DNA of 64,000 nucleotides from Lysobacterales bacterium (GTDB lineage: Bacteria; Pseudomonadota; Gammaproteobacteria; Xanthomonadales; SZUA-5): NCBI GenBank assembly GCA_022844165.1, contig JALHMH010000013.1, positions 32,001 to 96,000 on the forward strand. Reading direction: 5' to 3'. Shown one piece after another: positions 18,879-29,432 of this stretch. Position numbers and translations under genes: made by a program. How positions within the stretch are numbered: the first letter of the stretch is position 1; each line of letters begins with the position of its first letter. The notes under the pieces were generated by a model that was not told the origin of the DNA, made no database searches, and saw nothing but the letters and a program-made list of their open reading frames with translations.

Positions 18879-19054
18879 ATCACAGGACACGCAGCACGAA
18901 CGCGTGCTGTACCGGAAAATCCAAGGTCGCGCATCTGGAATGAGCACATCCCAACGAGCAGGCGCTCATCGGGTGTGAATACTGCGAGTCTGTCGACACG
19001 ACGATGTGCGTGCGAGCCTAAAACGCGAATACAGTCTTGGCAGTCGAGATGCGA

Positions 19055-19411
19055 CTACTTGACGTTCTTTGGATCCAGATCGCCAACTTTGGATTTCTGC
19101 GCTGCGAAGTAGGCTGAGAGGTCCTTGATGTCTTGATCGCTCAGGGCTTGCGCGAATCCGAGCATGATCGCGTTCTCGCGCTCGCCCGAGCGGTAGGCTC
19201 TCATCGCATGCTCAAGATAGTCTGCATACTGCCCAGCGATGATTGGATATTGCGGATCTCCAACGCCGTTGCCGTCAACACCGTGACAAGCCTGGCAAGT
19301 CTTGGACAACTCTAAGCCGCGGCCGGCATTGCCTGAGGCAAGCGCATGGCCGGACAACAGCACGCCAAGCACAAGAATGACCGCGTGGGATTTCATAGTG
19401 GTAGCACTCAT
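19055..19411 (-). CDS. monoheme cytochrome c (c553/c4-like)
   Basis: Signal peptide; CQACH; YPIIAGQ; distal Met. Confidence 0.88.
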   Translation of the reverse strand: MSATTMKSHAVILVLGVLLSGHALASGNAGRGLELSKTCQACHGVDGNGVGDPQYPIIAGQYADYLEHAMRAYRSGERENAIMLGFAQALSDQDIKDLSAYFAAQKSKVGDLDPKNVK

Positions 19412-19728
19412 GGGTTGGGCGTGTTGGCGAGGTAGGCTGCAATGTCGGCAATGTCTTGCTCGCTCAAGCTTTGCGCTTGCGCCACCATAGTAGGGTGTTT
19501 ACGCGTTTCGGCCTGATAAGCTTTGAGTGCGGTCACCAAATATTCGTAATTTTGACCAGCTATCCGCGGAACGTGATAGTGGGGGTAAACGTTGCGATAA
19601 CCTGTAATGCCATGGCAACCGGTGCAGGTGTAAGCCTTCGTTTTTCCGGCCACCGGATCGCCCTTAGACTGCGCCACGACAGGCGTTCCAGCCATCAGAG
19701 CCAACATCACGATACTGACTAACCTCAT
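19408..19728 (-). CDS. monoheme cytochrome c (c553/c4-like)
   Basis: Start at ATG 19728 (MRLVSIVML); CTGCH; VPRIAGQ; HPTM. Confidence 0.88.
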   Translation of the reverse strand: MRLVSIVMLALMAGTPVVAQSKGDPVAGKTKAYTCTGCHGITGYRNVYPHYHVPRIAGQNYEYLVTALKAYQAETRKHPTMVAQAQSLSEQDIADIAAYLANTPNP

Positions 19729-20013
19729 TGAGTATCCCCACATTCTCGAAAGCGTAACGACGGCCGGACGACAGCCGATCAATCGCACAAGTATGCCGTG
19801 GCTCGTTGGCCCGGTCCATGCCTCACATCCACTTGATGTAAGGAGATCAATATTGGCGACGACCTCCAATCTTGAATGAACGGCAGCGTAGGCGATGACC
19901 TTTGGCCCGCGTTGTTCCGGTTTCAACAGCCAATAGTACTTGCATGACTTTCGGGCCTGAGACTTCGTGCATTGGTGTCTTAGTCTACCAACACACTTAT
20001 TAGACCAATCAAA

Positions 20014-21102
20014 ATGAAACAACTTCGTACATTGGCGATCGCCGCAACCACGGTGCTGGCGCTATCCCTGGCGGCGTGCAAGAGGCCGGATTCTAAAGAC
20101 GACAGTGAAAGCAAAGAGAACATCAAGGTCCCCGTCGAGGTGGCGACAGCCGTTCGCTCGCCGGTGACCGCCGCGTTCCAGGGCACCTCTAATCTGGTTG
20201 CAGAGGCGGAATCGGAGGTCGCCGCCAAGACCAGCGGCGTCGTCATGGAGATTTTCGTCGAAGAGGGCGACTTGGTTCGTGCCGGCCAGGTGCTCGCGAG
20301 ACTCGATTCCGATCGCCAGCGTCTGTCGCTGAAGCAATCGGAGGCTAACCTTCGAAAATTGGAGAACGACTACCAGCGGCAACAGGAGATGTTCAACCGC
20401 AAGCTCATTTCTCAGGACGTGTTCGATCGGTCGCGATTCGATCTTGATACGCAACGGGCCGCATTCGACATGAGCAAGCTGGAATTGTCCTACGCCGAGA
20501 TACGCGCTCCTATTGAGGGTGTCGTCAGCCGGCGCGATGTGAAGGTGGGCAATCTGATCCAGATCAACCAGACGCTGTTTAAGATCGACGACTTCGACCC
20601 CCTTGAAGCCGTCATCAACGTTCCCGAACGCGAGATGCGCCTGATCGCCGCCGATCAACCTGTGCAGATGTTGGTCGATGCCCTGCCCGGCCAGGTGTTT
20701 GTTGGCGGCGTCGCACGGGTCTCGCCAGTGGTCGATGCCACGACAGGCACGTTCCGCGTCATCGCTCAGTTTCGCGATGAGTCCAAGACCTTGCGTTCAG
20801 GCATGTTCGGACGTGTTCGGATCGTTTACGACCAGCGCAACGACGCGCTTGTCGTGCCGCGCGCCGCGCTCATAGGCGACGACCAGGATGCGGCGCTTTT
20901 CGTCGTCGATGGCGACACCGCCAAGCGGCGCAAAGTCACATTGGGGTATTCCGATAACGGCAAGGTGGAAGTGATCGATGGTGTATCGGAGGGCGAGATG
21001 GTCGTCACCCTGGGCCAGGCGGCGCTTCGCGACGGTGTTAAGGTCGAAGTGATCAATGCCCCGGCTTCGGCCGTCGCCACATCGACCACGCCGGGTACCT
21101 GA
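20014..21102 (+). CDS. RND efflux periplasmic adaptor (MFP) lipoprotein
   Basis: Lipobox LAAC; VEEGDLVRAGQVLARLD; IRAPIEGVV; LRSGMFGRV. Confidence 0.92.
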   Translation: MKQLRTLAIAATTVLALSLAACKRPDSKDDSESKENIKVPVEVATAVRSPVTAAFQGTSNLVAEAESEVAAKTSGVVMEIFVEEGDLVRAGQVLARLDSDRQRLSLKQSEANLRKLENDYQRQQEMFNRKLISQDVFDRSRFDLDTQRAAFDMSKLELSYAEIRAPIEGVVSRRDVKVGNLIQINQTLFKIDDFDPLEAVINVPEREMRLIAADQPVQMLVDALPGQVFVGGVARVSPVVDATTGTFRVIAQFRDESKTLRSGMFGRVRIVYDQRNDALVVPRAALIGDDQDAALFVVDGDTAKRRKVTLGYSDNGKVEVIDGVSEGEMVVTLGQAALRDGVKVEVINAPASAVATSTTPGT

Positions 21103-21238
21103 CGCGGCTAAGCGCACCTCCGGCGTTGGGCACATTCGCCTTGCGCCATTTGTGTCTGGCAATCGCCGTGCCGTTGGCGAGTGCTGAATTCGTTGCGTCC
21201 CGCCAGAGCGGGAATGATCTGAACCAGAAGGTAAGCCC

Positions 21239-24200
21239 ATGAACGTCGTCCAGTTCGCCGTCAATCGCCGTGTCACGATCGCGATGTTCACTATCATGCT
21301 TGTGCTCTTCGGCTTGATCGGCTTATCGCGGTTAAACGTCAATTTGTTGCCGGATCTATCGTATCCGACGCTCACCGTGCGTACCGAATATCAGGGCGCC
21401 GCACCGGCAGAAATCGAGAATCTGATCAGCGAACCGCTGGAAGAGCAGCTGGGCGTGGTCAAGAATCTCAAACGCATCCGCTCGGTTTCGCGAACCGGCC
21501 AGTCGGACGTGATCCTGGAGTTCTCCTGGGGCACGGACATGGATTCGGCCAGCCTTGATGTCCGGGAAAAACTCGAACTGATCCAGTTACCCCTGGAAGC
21601 CAATCAACCCTTGTTGTTGCGCTTCGATCCATCGACGGAACCGGTTCTGCGATATTCGCTTGCTGCAAAAGCGCAAGACAGCGCATCCCTTTTTGAACTG
21701 CGCCGTTACGCCGAAGAGGACTTAAAGAAGCGCCTGGAACCGGTGGAGGGTGTGGCGGCGGTCAAGGTCTCCGGCGGATTGGAAGACGAAATCCAGGTTG
21801 AGATCGATCAAAATCGGCTCAAGCAGCTGAATCTTGACGTCAGCGTCGTCATCGAACGGCTTCGCGCAGAGAACATCAACATTTCCAGCGGGCGCCTGGA
21901 TGAGGCCAATCAGCGCTTCCTCGTTCGCACCATCAACCAGTTTGAAACGCTAGAGCGCATGGGCGAGATGCTTGTCAGCACACAGGGTGTGCCGGTGAAA
22001 CTCAAAGACATCGCCAACGTTCGTCAAGGTAGTAAGGAGCGCCAAGCCATCATTCGCAGCGATGGCAAAGAAGCCGTCGAAATAGCACTCTACAAGGAAG
22101 GAGATGCGAACACGGTGACGGTGGCGGACGGCGTAGAGCGGGCGCTGGAACGGCTCAAGGATCAGATCCCCGCAGGTGCCACGCTGGTCAAGATCGACGA
22201 CCAGTCTTTGTTCATTCGCAGTTCGATCAAAGAGGTGGTTGAAGCCGCATTGATCGGCGGGCTGCTGTCGATTCTGCTGATTTATCTGTTCCTGGGACAG
22301 GCGTGGGCAACCTTCGTGATCGCGTTGTCGCTGCCAGTTTCGATCATTACGACTTTCTTCTTCATGCTGCAGTTCGATATCAATTTGAACGTGATGTCGC
22401 TGGGTGGCATCGCGCTGGCCACCGGCATGGTTGTCGACAACGCCATTGTCGTGCTCGAGAACATTCGCCGGTTACGCGAAGAGGGATTGAGCGCGCTGGA
22501 CGCCACGGTGCAAGGCACCAGTCAAGTCGGCATGGCCATCAGCGCCTCGACGTTCACGCATATTGCCGTGTTCTTACCCTTGGTCTTCGTGGAAGGCATC
22601 GCTGGCCAGTTGTTTGGCGACCAGGCTTTGACCATCACCTTTGCGATGCTGATCTCGCTGATGGTCGCGATCACACTCATTCCGATGTTGTCTTCGCTCG
22701 GCGAACCCGGCGAGCGCGCTGTAAAAATCGAAGAGCCAGCGGCGACGACAGCACACACGCCACATTGGTTGCTGGCAAACACGCCAGTTGTGAACGATAT
22801 GCGGCTGCTTTTGTTCCCGCTGTGGCTGCTGCTGTTCGTCCTACGTTTGATCTTCATGATCGTACGTCGAGTCGCGTTTGCGGTTGCGAAGTTCGCGCAC
22901 GTACTCTGGCGGCTATTGGCAGCGGTCGCAACTCGTGTGCTGCAGCCGCTGGCCAAAATCACCATGACCGGGTTCGAACGTATCACTCGCGGCTACAACT
23001 GGCTGTTACCCTGGTCACTCCGAAATCCGGCAACCGTTCTGGGCATCGCGTTGCTCAGTGGCGCTCTGAGCGTAGCGATCGTGCCGCGCCTTGGGCTTGA
23101 GCTGATTCCGGAATTTGCGCAGGGCCAGTTGCAGGTCGATATCAAATTGCCAGTCGGTACGCCGCTCGCTCGTACCGACCAGGTCATCACCGATTTACAA
23201 ACTCAGGCGCTGACCGTTTCAGGTGTGAAGCAGATCTTCGCAACGGCCGGCACCGGTGCGCGACTGGACGCTAACCCAACCGAATCGGGCGAAAACATCG
23301 GCAAACTCCTGGTTTCGCTGAACCCAGGCACACCGCGCTCGGCAGAACCCGGAATTATCGAAGGCTTACGCGCGTTCACTGACCGTCTGCCCGGTTCCGA
23401 GACCAAATTCAGCCGCCCGCAGTTGTTTGCTTTCGACACGCCGCTCGAAGTTGAGATCGTCGGCTACGACTTGGCACAACTGAAAATTGCAAGCGAGCGC
23501 ATCGCTTCCAAAATGCGCCAAGACCCCATTTTCGCAGACGTCAAGAACTCGCAAGAACAAGGTGCGCCAGAGCTGCGCGTGTACTTCGATCAAGACAAAA
23601 TCGCAGCGCTCGGCCTGACCACCCGGCAGGTGGCCGACCAGGTTGTGCGCAAAGTGCGTGGCGAAGTTGCGACGCGCTTTTCGCTGCGAGATCGGAAAAT
23701 CGATGTCCTGGTGCGCGCAACCGAAACCGACCGCGATTCTGTCGAAGCTGTCCGGCGTCTGATCGTTAATCCAACCAGTACCAATCCAGTACCTCTCGAT
23801 GCCGTTGCGCGCATCGACATTACCCAAGGCCCGGCTGAAATCCGACGCAGCGACCAGGAGCGCGTTGCGGTGATTTCTGCAAGTTTGCGTGGCGATTTGG
23901 GCAGCGCGGCGCGCGCCGCGCAGGCGATTGTCGATGCCGAAAACCTGCCGCCGGGCACTGCGGCCAAAGTTGCTGGCCAAAGTGAAGATCTCGACACTTC
24001 CTTTCGTTCTTTGTTGTTGGCCCTGGCACTGGCGGTGTTCATGGTGTACCTCGTGATGGCCTCACAATTCGAGTCGCTGCTGCATCCGTTCATCATCTTG
24101 TTTTCAGTGCCTTTGGCGCTGGTTGGCGCCATTTTGAGCCTTTGGGTCACGGGCACCGCGCTGTCGATCATCGTCTTCATTGGCCTGATCATGCTGGTCG

Positions 24201-24577
24201 GCATCGTGGTCAGCAATGCGATCGTACTGATCGACCGAGTAAACCAACTGCGAGCGAGCGGGCGCAGCAAACACCAAGCGCTGCTGGAAGGCGGCCGCAC
24301 GCGATTAAGACCCATCGTGATGACCACACTGACGACCTTAATCGGGTTCATGCCAATGGCTCTGGGTCTGGGCGATGGCGCGGAGCTGCGGCAGCCGCTG
24401 GCGATCACCGTGATCGGCGGGCTGGCATTTTCGACGCTGCTGACTCTGGTCGTCATTCCGGTGCTATACGACCAAATCGATCGGCGCGAACACTATCGCC
24501 AACCGGCGGCAGTGGCAGGCGCTGTCGAGAATCATCAGAAGTCGGCTTCGACCGCCGTGAAGCTGCAGGAGTCTTAG
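21239..24577 (+). CDS. RND permease subunit 1 (AcrB/AcrD/AcrF family)
   Basis: LLPDLSYPTLTV; GAAPAEIE; GMVVDNAIVVLENI; RLRPIVMTTLTT. Confidence 0.92.
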   Translation: MNVVQFAVNRRVTIAMFTIMLVLFGLIGLSRLNVNLLPDLSYPTLTVRTEYQGAAPAEIENLISEPLEEQLGVVKNLKRIRSVSRTGQSDVILEFSWGTDMDSASLDVREKLELIQLPLEANQPLLLRFDPSTEPVLRYSLAAKAQDSASLFELRRYAEEDLKKRLEPVEGVAAVKVSGGLEDEIQVEIDQNRLKQLNLDVSVVIERLRAENINISSGRLDEANQRFLVRTINQFETLERMGEMLVSTQGVPVKLKDIANVRQGSKERQAIIRSDGKEAVEIALYKEGDANTVTVADGVERALERLKDQIPAGATLVKIDDQSLFIRSSIKEVVEAALIGGLLSILLIYLFLGQAWATFVIALSLPVSIITTFFFMLQFDINLNVMSLGGIALATGMVVDNAIVVLENIRRLREEGLSALDATVQGTSQVGMAISASTFTHIAVFLPLVFVEGIAGQLFGDQALTITFAMLISLMVAITLIPMLSSLGEPGERAVKIEEPAATTAHTPHWLLANTPVVNDMRLLLFPLWLLLFVLRLIFMIVRRVAFAVAKFAHVLWRLLAAVATRVLQPLAKITMTGFERITRGYNWLLPWSLRNPATVLGIALLSGALSVAIVPRLGLELIPEFAQGQLQVDIKLPVGTPLARTDQVITDLQTQALTVSGVKQIFATAGTGARLDANPTESGENIGKLLVSLNPGTPRSAEPGIIEGLRAFTDRLPGSETKFSRPQLFAFDTPLEVEIVGYDLAQLKIASERIASKMRQDPIFADVKNSQEQGAPELRVYFDQDKIAALGLTTRQVADQVVRKVRGEVATRFSLRDRKIDVLVRATETDRDSVEAVRRLIVNPTSTNPVPLDAVARIDITQGPAEIRRSDQERVAVISASLRGDLGSAARAAQAIVDAENLPPGTAAKVAGQSEDLDTSFRSLLLALALAVFMVYLVMASQFESLLHPFIILFSVPLALVGAILSLWVTGTALSIIVFIGLIMLVGIVVSNAIVLIDRVNQLRASGRSKHQALLEGGRTRLRPIVMTTLTTLIGFMPMALGLGDGAELRQPLAITVIGGLAFSTLLTLVVIPVLYDQIDRREHYRQPAAVAGAVENHQKSASTAVKLQES

Positions 24578-24579
24578 CC

Positions 24580-27500
24580 ATGACACTCGCCGAGATTGCG
24601 CTCAAGCGTCCTGTGACGACGATCATGCTGTTCCTGAGTTGTGTTGTGTTCGGGATGCTCAGCGCGCGGCTGCTCAAATTGGAGTTTTTCCCTGAGCTGG
24701 ACGCGCCGTTTATCCTGGTCAGCGTGCCCTACCCCGGCGCAACACCGAAGGAGGTGGAGCGCGAAATCGTCCGGCCGCTGGAGGAGTCGCTGGCGACGAT
24801 TTCTGGCATCGACCGCATGTTTGCCAATGCCGATGAGAATGGCGCGACCTTTTTCATGATTTTCGACTGGGGCAGAAACCTCAAGGTCAAGTTGAGTGAA
24901 GTCCGAGAACGCGTCGACGCCGCACGCAGCGAACTTCCGGACGACATCCAACGCATCCAGGTGCTGAAATTCTCGACGAACGATCAGCCGGTTTTGCAAA
25001 TCCGACTATCCAGCACCACGGGCAATTTGCTGGACGCCTACGATTTGTTGGAACGTCGCATCAAAAGGCCGCTGGAGCGGATCCCTGGCGTCGCCTCGGT
25101 GGACCTGTCTGGCGTGCAACCTAACGAGGTCCGAATCGATTTGCTTCCCGAACGCATCGCTTCGCACAGCGTCGACCTCAACAACGTCGCGCAGCGATTG
25201 CAGGCCGCTAACTTCTCGACGTCGGCGGGCCTGATCCACGATGGCGAGTTTCGCTACCGGGTGCAGCCCGTGGGCGAAATTCGCTCACTCGAAGAGTATG
25301 GCGCGCTGTTGATCAACGACAACGGCTTGCGTCTGCGCGATGTCGCCGAGGTGCGTTTCATGCAGCGAGAGGTCGAGTTCAAGCGCATTCTGAACGGCAA
25401 CTATGCGGTAGGTGTCGATATCCGCCGCGAACGCGGCGCCAATCTGGTCGACGTTTGCCAGCGCGTCATGGAGGAAGTGCGCAAGATCGAAGCCAGTGGC
25501 GCCCTGGCTGGCATCGAGATCTATCTGATTGGAAACCAGGGCGAAGGCGTGCAGACCTCGCTGCTCGAACTGGTGAACGCTGGTTGGTTGGGCATGCTCT
25601 TTTCGCTAGTGGTTCTGTACTTTTTCCTACGCCATTGGCCCAGTACCTTGATGGTTTCGCTGTCGGTTCCGATCTGCATCGCGATCAGCCTCGGTGCGAT
25701 CAATTTCGTGGGACTGACGCTCAACGTACTCACCATGATGGGCCTGTTGCTCGGTGTTGGCATGCTGGTCGACAACGCAGTCGTGGTCACCGAAAGCATT
25801 TTTCAGCAGCGCGAGAAGAATCCCCGGGACCGTGTTGGCACGGCTATCGAAGGTACGCGCATGGTGCAACTTGCGGTCAGTGCGGGCACGTTGACCAGCA
25901 TTATTGTGTTCTTGCCCAATGTCTTCGGCAGCACAACCCAAGTCGGGCTATTTTTGTATTTCGTTGCGGTGCCCTTCTCTATTGCGCTGCTGGCATCCTG
26001 GTTCGTTGCCGTCACGATTATCCCCATGCTCGCCGCGCGCATCGACCCACCGCGCGGTCTGGAGCGCGTTGCGATCGTCGAACGTTGGAAAGATCGGTAT
26101 GAACAGATTTTGCATTGGACGCTGGCGCATCGCGGCATCACGCTGTCGCTCATCGTCTTGTTGTTTGCGAGCATCGCGTTGCCGTTGAACCAGGTGAAAA
26201 CCGACTTTTTCGGCGGCGACGAGGATCGCGACTTTGAGATCGGCTATGAATTGAATGGCCGTTATAGCCTGGACCAGCTGGAAACCGCAGCGCGCGAAGT
26301 GGAAGCCTACCTGTTAGCGAACAAAGAGAAGTTCGAAATCGAATCGGTATACAGCTGGATTTCGCGCGACCAGGGTATGCAAACCCGATTGCAGATTGTT
26401 GCGGGCGACGAAGCAAAACGCTCTGCCAAAGAGCTTCAAGACATGGTGCGCGAGGGTATGCCGAAGCTCGCCATCGGCGAAGCCATCGTCGGGCTGGACA
26501 ACGATGGTCCACCTGGGGCGGGCAGCGGCGGCGGTGGCGGTGAGGCGTTGACGATCAATGTCACCGGGGACTCCACTGAAGTCTTGATTGAACTGGCGAA
26601 CGAGATTCAGCGCCTGCTGGACAAACGCGACGAGTTCGTCGAAGTGCGCGTCGACAATGCCCAGGAACAGCAGGAGATCCAGGTACGCGTCGACCGCGAG
26701 CGCGCCGCCAGCCTTGGATTCGAGCCTTCGCAAATCGCACGGCTGATTCAGGTCGCGATGCGCGGCACACCGTTGCGCGAGTTCCGCCAGGGCGACACGG
26801 AAGTTCCGGTGTGGCTGCGGTTCAAGGACGCTCAGAAGCTGTCTCTGGACGATCTGAAAGAGATACGCCTGACGCGTCCGGACGGCGCCAGCATCCCATT
26901 ATCGGCGGTGGTGGACATCGATATGGCGCCAGAAGCGACTTTGATCAGCCGGCAGGATCGCAGCACCAATCGTTCGATTCGGCTGGAACTGGAAAAAGAC
27001 GGCGATATGGAAAAGGCCCGGCAAGCCATCGAGTCGACCTTGAAGGATTTTCCGTTTCCCGCCGGGTATGGCTACAACCTTGGTGCGCGATTCGAGGATG
27101 AACAAAAGGCGGCGCAGGAGATGGTGTTCCTGTTGGTTCTATCGATTGTGCTGATTTATATGCTGATGGCCGCATTGTTCGAATCGCTCCTGTACCCGCT
27201 GGCTGTCATGGTGTCTATCCCCATGGCCGTGGTGGGTGTGTATTGGACGTTTCTGATCTGGCCGACCACGTTTTCGGTGATGGCCTTTATCGGCATCATG
27301 ATCTTGGTGGGCGTGGTGGTGAACAACGGCATTGTGCTGGTCGAGCACGTCAACACGCTTCGCCGCCAGGGATTCGACAGGACCACCGCGCTGACGCTGG
27401 GCGGCAAAGAGCGTCTGCGCCCGATTTTGATCACCACGGGAACAACGGTGTTGGGATTGCTGCCGCTTTGTATCAGCGATGTAGGCATTGGCAGCAACGG

Positions 27501-27681
27501 CCCACCCTACTATCCGATGGCACGCGCGATTGCGGGCGGCCTGGTTTTTTCGACTTTCATCACGCTCCTGGTGCTGCCGACGGTGTATGCAACACTTGAG
27601 GATGTTTCGAATAACCTTGGAAAACACTGGCGTGCCGCAGGGCGTCAAACAAAGACTCTCACCAAAGTCGCTACTTCTTGA
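24580..27681 (+). CDS. RND permease subunit 2 (AcrB/AcrD/AcrF family)
   Basis: Start at ATG 24580 (MTLAEIALKRPVTT); GMLVDNAVVV; RLRPILITTGTT. Confidence 0.92.
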   Translation: MTLAEIALKRPVTTIMLFLSCVVFGMLSARLLKLEFFPELDAPFILVSVPYPGATPKEVEREIVRPLEESLATISGIDRMFANADENGATFFMIFDWGRNLKVKLSEVRERVDAARSELPDDIQRIQVLKFSTNDQPVLQIRLSSTTGNLLDAYDLLERRIKRPLERIPGVASVDLSGVQPNEVRIDLLPERIASHSVDLNNVAQRLQAANFSTSAGLIHDGEFRYRVQPVGEIRSLEEYGALLINDNGLRLRDVAEVRFMQREVEFKRILNGNYAVGVDIRRERGANLVDVCQRVMEEVRKIEASGALAGIEIYLIGNQGEGVQTSLLELVNAGWLGMLFSLVVLYFFLRHWPSTLMVSLSVPICIAISLGAINFVGLTLNVLTMMGLLLGVGMLVDNAVVVTESIFQQREKNPRDRVGTAIEGTRMVQLAVSAGTLTSIIVFLPNVFGSTTQVGLFLYFVAVPFSIALLASWFVAVTIIPMLAARIDPPRGLERVAIVERWKDRYEQILHWTLAHRGITLSLIVLLFASIALPLNQVKTDFFGGDEDRDFEIGYELNGRYSLDQLETAAREVEAYLLANKEKFEIESVYSWISRDQGMQTRLQIVAGDEAKRSAKELQDMVREGMPKLAIGEAIVGLDNDGPPGAGSGGGGGEALTINVTGDSTEVLIELANEIQRLLDKRDEFVEVRVDNAQEQQEIQVRVDRERAASLGFEPSQIARLIQVAMRGTPLREFRQGDTEVPVWLRFKDAQKLSLDDLKEIRLTRPDGASIPLSAVVDIDMAPEATLISRQDRSTNRSIRLELEKDGDMEKARQAIESTLKDFPFPAGYGYNLGARFEDEQKAAQEMVFLLVLSIVLIYMLMAALFESLLYPLAVMVSIPMAVVGVYWTFLIWPTTFSVMAFIGIMILVGVVVNNGIVLVEHVNTLRRQGFDRTTALTLGGKERLRPILITTGTTVLGLLPLCISDVGIGSNGPPYYPMARAIAGGLVFSTFITLLVLPTVYATLEDVSNNLGKHWRAAGRQTKTLTKVATS

Positions 27682-28030
27682 TCAACCCAGCCAGCGCGGC
27701 GAACGGATTGTGCGTCGCCGCCACCGGCACATTGACGCCGGTGAGGCTGCCGTGATCGTGATCGAGGTATCGCTGGTGCTCGTTGTCGTGGCAATAAAGG
27801 CATAACAGCTCCCAGTTGCTGCCATCGCTGGGGTTGTCGTCGTGGTTGTGGTTACGGTGATGCACCGTCAACTCGGCAACATTCGCGCGGGTGAAACTGC
27901 GTGCACACCGCCCGCATACCCACGGATACATCTTTAGCGCCTGTTCGCGGTACCCGTGACCACGCATTTCTGAGGCGCGCCTGCTGGCGGCTACAATGGC
28001 ATCGAGCTTGTTGTTATCGATCGATTTCAT
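27671..28030 (-). CDS. yajD: YajD-family HNH nuclease
   Basis: YREQALKMYPWVCGRC...LTVHH..HNHDDNP.DGSNWELLCLYCHDNEH; C-terminal THNPFA. Confidence 0.88.
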   Translation of the reverse strand: MKSIDNNKLDAIVAASRRASEMRGHGYREQALKMYPWVCGRCARSFTRANVAELTVHHRNHNHDDNPSDGSNWELLCLYCHDNEHQRYLDHDHGSLTGVNVPVAATHNPFAALAGLIKK

Positions 28031-28096
28031 GCGGCGATTGTACCTGTGCGCGATCTTTATGCAACGGCGCCCGCCGATGCCGCTATTCTCCCGCAC

Positions 28097-29263
28097 ATGA
28101 ATACCCCTGCCCTGCCGCTCGTGCGGCTCAAGACTGAACGGCGCTCGAACCATCCCTGGATTTTCCAGAAGATGGTCGAGAAGCCAGATCCAAAACCCAA
28201 GCCCGGTTCGATCGTCGACATCGAAGACCGCACCGGTGCCTTTGTTGGCCGCGGCTTCTACAACGGGCACTCACGCATCGCCCTGCGTGTTCTCACTCCG
28301 CACAACGAAGCCGTCGACCAGGCGTTTTTTGAACGCCGCATCGTACACGCGATCGGATTGCGCCTGGATGTGCTTAAGCTCGATCAAATCACTGATGCGT
28401 ATCGCTTGATCCACTCCGAAGGCGACGATTTAAGCGGCCTCGTGGTCGATCGTTTCGCCGACACGTTGATCATCGAGTACTTCAGTGCCGGCATGTGGCG
28501 CATCCGCGACCAGATCCGACGCGCGCTGGTCGCGCAATTCCCGGAGGCAAAACTGTATTGGTTTGCCGAGGAGCACGTGGCGAAACAAGAGAGCTTTGAC
28601 TGTTCCACACCAGATCCACCGGCGCCCACGCAAATTATCGAGCACGGGCTGAAGTTCAAAGTCGCACCAGGCCTCAAACACAAGACCGGATTTTTTGCCG
28701 ATCAACGCGACAACCGGCGCTCGCTCGGCAGTTTTTCGCCTGGGAAACGCGTGCTGGACCTGTGCTGCAACTCGGGTGGGTTTGCGATTTACGCCAAAGC
28801 TGCGGGTGCCGACGAGGTCATCGCGATCGACCTCGATGAAGAAGTGCTGGAGATCGCGCAAGCGAATGCCAAACTCAACCGCACGCCGGTCAAGTTCAAA
28901 CAGGCCGACATTTTCCATTGGCTGCGCGATGCGGCAATCAATCGCGAGCAGTTCGATGTGGTTGTGCTCGATCCGGCGAAAATGACGCGCGATCGCGAAC
29001 AGGTGATCCCCGCGCTAAAGAAGTATCTGGACATGAACAAGCTGGCGATGGGCGTCACCAAACCCGGCGGCATCCTGCTGACATGCTCATGCACGGGACT
29101 GGTGTCCGAGGAGCAGTTCCTGGACATGATCCGCCGCGCCGCGTTTTATGCCAACCGCAGCGTACAGATCCTCGATGTTCGCGGCGCGGGAGCCGATCAT
29201 CCGTGGCTGGCGCACGTCCCCGAATCACGGTACTTAAAGGCCGTGTTTTGCCGTGTCATGTGA
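28097..29263 (+). CDS. rlmI: RlmI-family class I SAM-dependent rRNA methyltransferase
   Basis: PUA domain HPWIF; HSEGDDLSGLVVDRF; KTGFFADQRDNR; VLDLCCNSGGF; VVLDP; TCSC. Confidence 0.8.
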   Translation: MNTPALPLVRLKTERRSNHPWIFQKMVEKPDPKPKPGSIVDIEDRTGAFVGRGFYNGHSRIALRVLTPHNEAVDQAFFERRIVHAIGLRLDVLKLDQITDAYRLIHSEGDDLSGLVVDRFADTLIIEYFSAGMWRIRDQIRRALVAQFPEAKLYWFAEEHVAKQESFDCSTPDPPAPTQIIEHGLKFKVAPGLKHKTGFFADQRDNRRSLGSFSPGKRVLDLCCNSGGFAIYAKAAGADEVIAIDLDEEVLEIAQANAKLNRTPVKFKQADIFHWLRDAAINREQFDVVVLDPAKMTRDREQVIPALKKYLDMNKLAMGVTKPGGILLTCSCTGLVSEEQFLDMIRRAAFYANRSVQILDVRGAGADHPWLAHVPESRYLKAVFCRVM

Positions 29264-29432
29264 TGCGCTCGGCGATTGCGCTGCGCCTGCTCCGACATTA
29301 GACCTGGAACCCTCAGTTGGACGGGCGCTCATTGGGACAAAGCGCAATGAGAAGGAATAGCGGTCAACTGAAGTTGTCAGTTTTAAATACCGCCGACAAA
29401 AGCACACTTTCGACTTTGACCAAACGGCACAA

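Noticed and set aside
19055-19728. Frameshifted diheme cytochrome c4
   Set aside because: Each ORF has its own signal peptide and CxxCH with an ATGA overlap, so they are two genuine monoheme genes.
24142-24579. N-terminal extension of the second RND permease
   Set aside because: It overlaps the first permease. The real start is ATG 24580, giving a typical RND N-terminus.
27671-28030. HNH nuclease as a mobile or defence element
   Set aside because: It matches the conserved chromosomal YajD family, and the 11-bp convergent overlap with the RND gene is unremarkable.
29362-29395. Riboswitch-like stem-loop upstream of hemL
   Set aside because: Only short stems (GCGGT/ACCGC, AACTGA/TCAGTT) are present, with no recognisable aptamer consensus.
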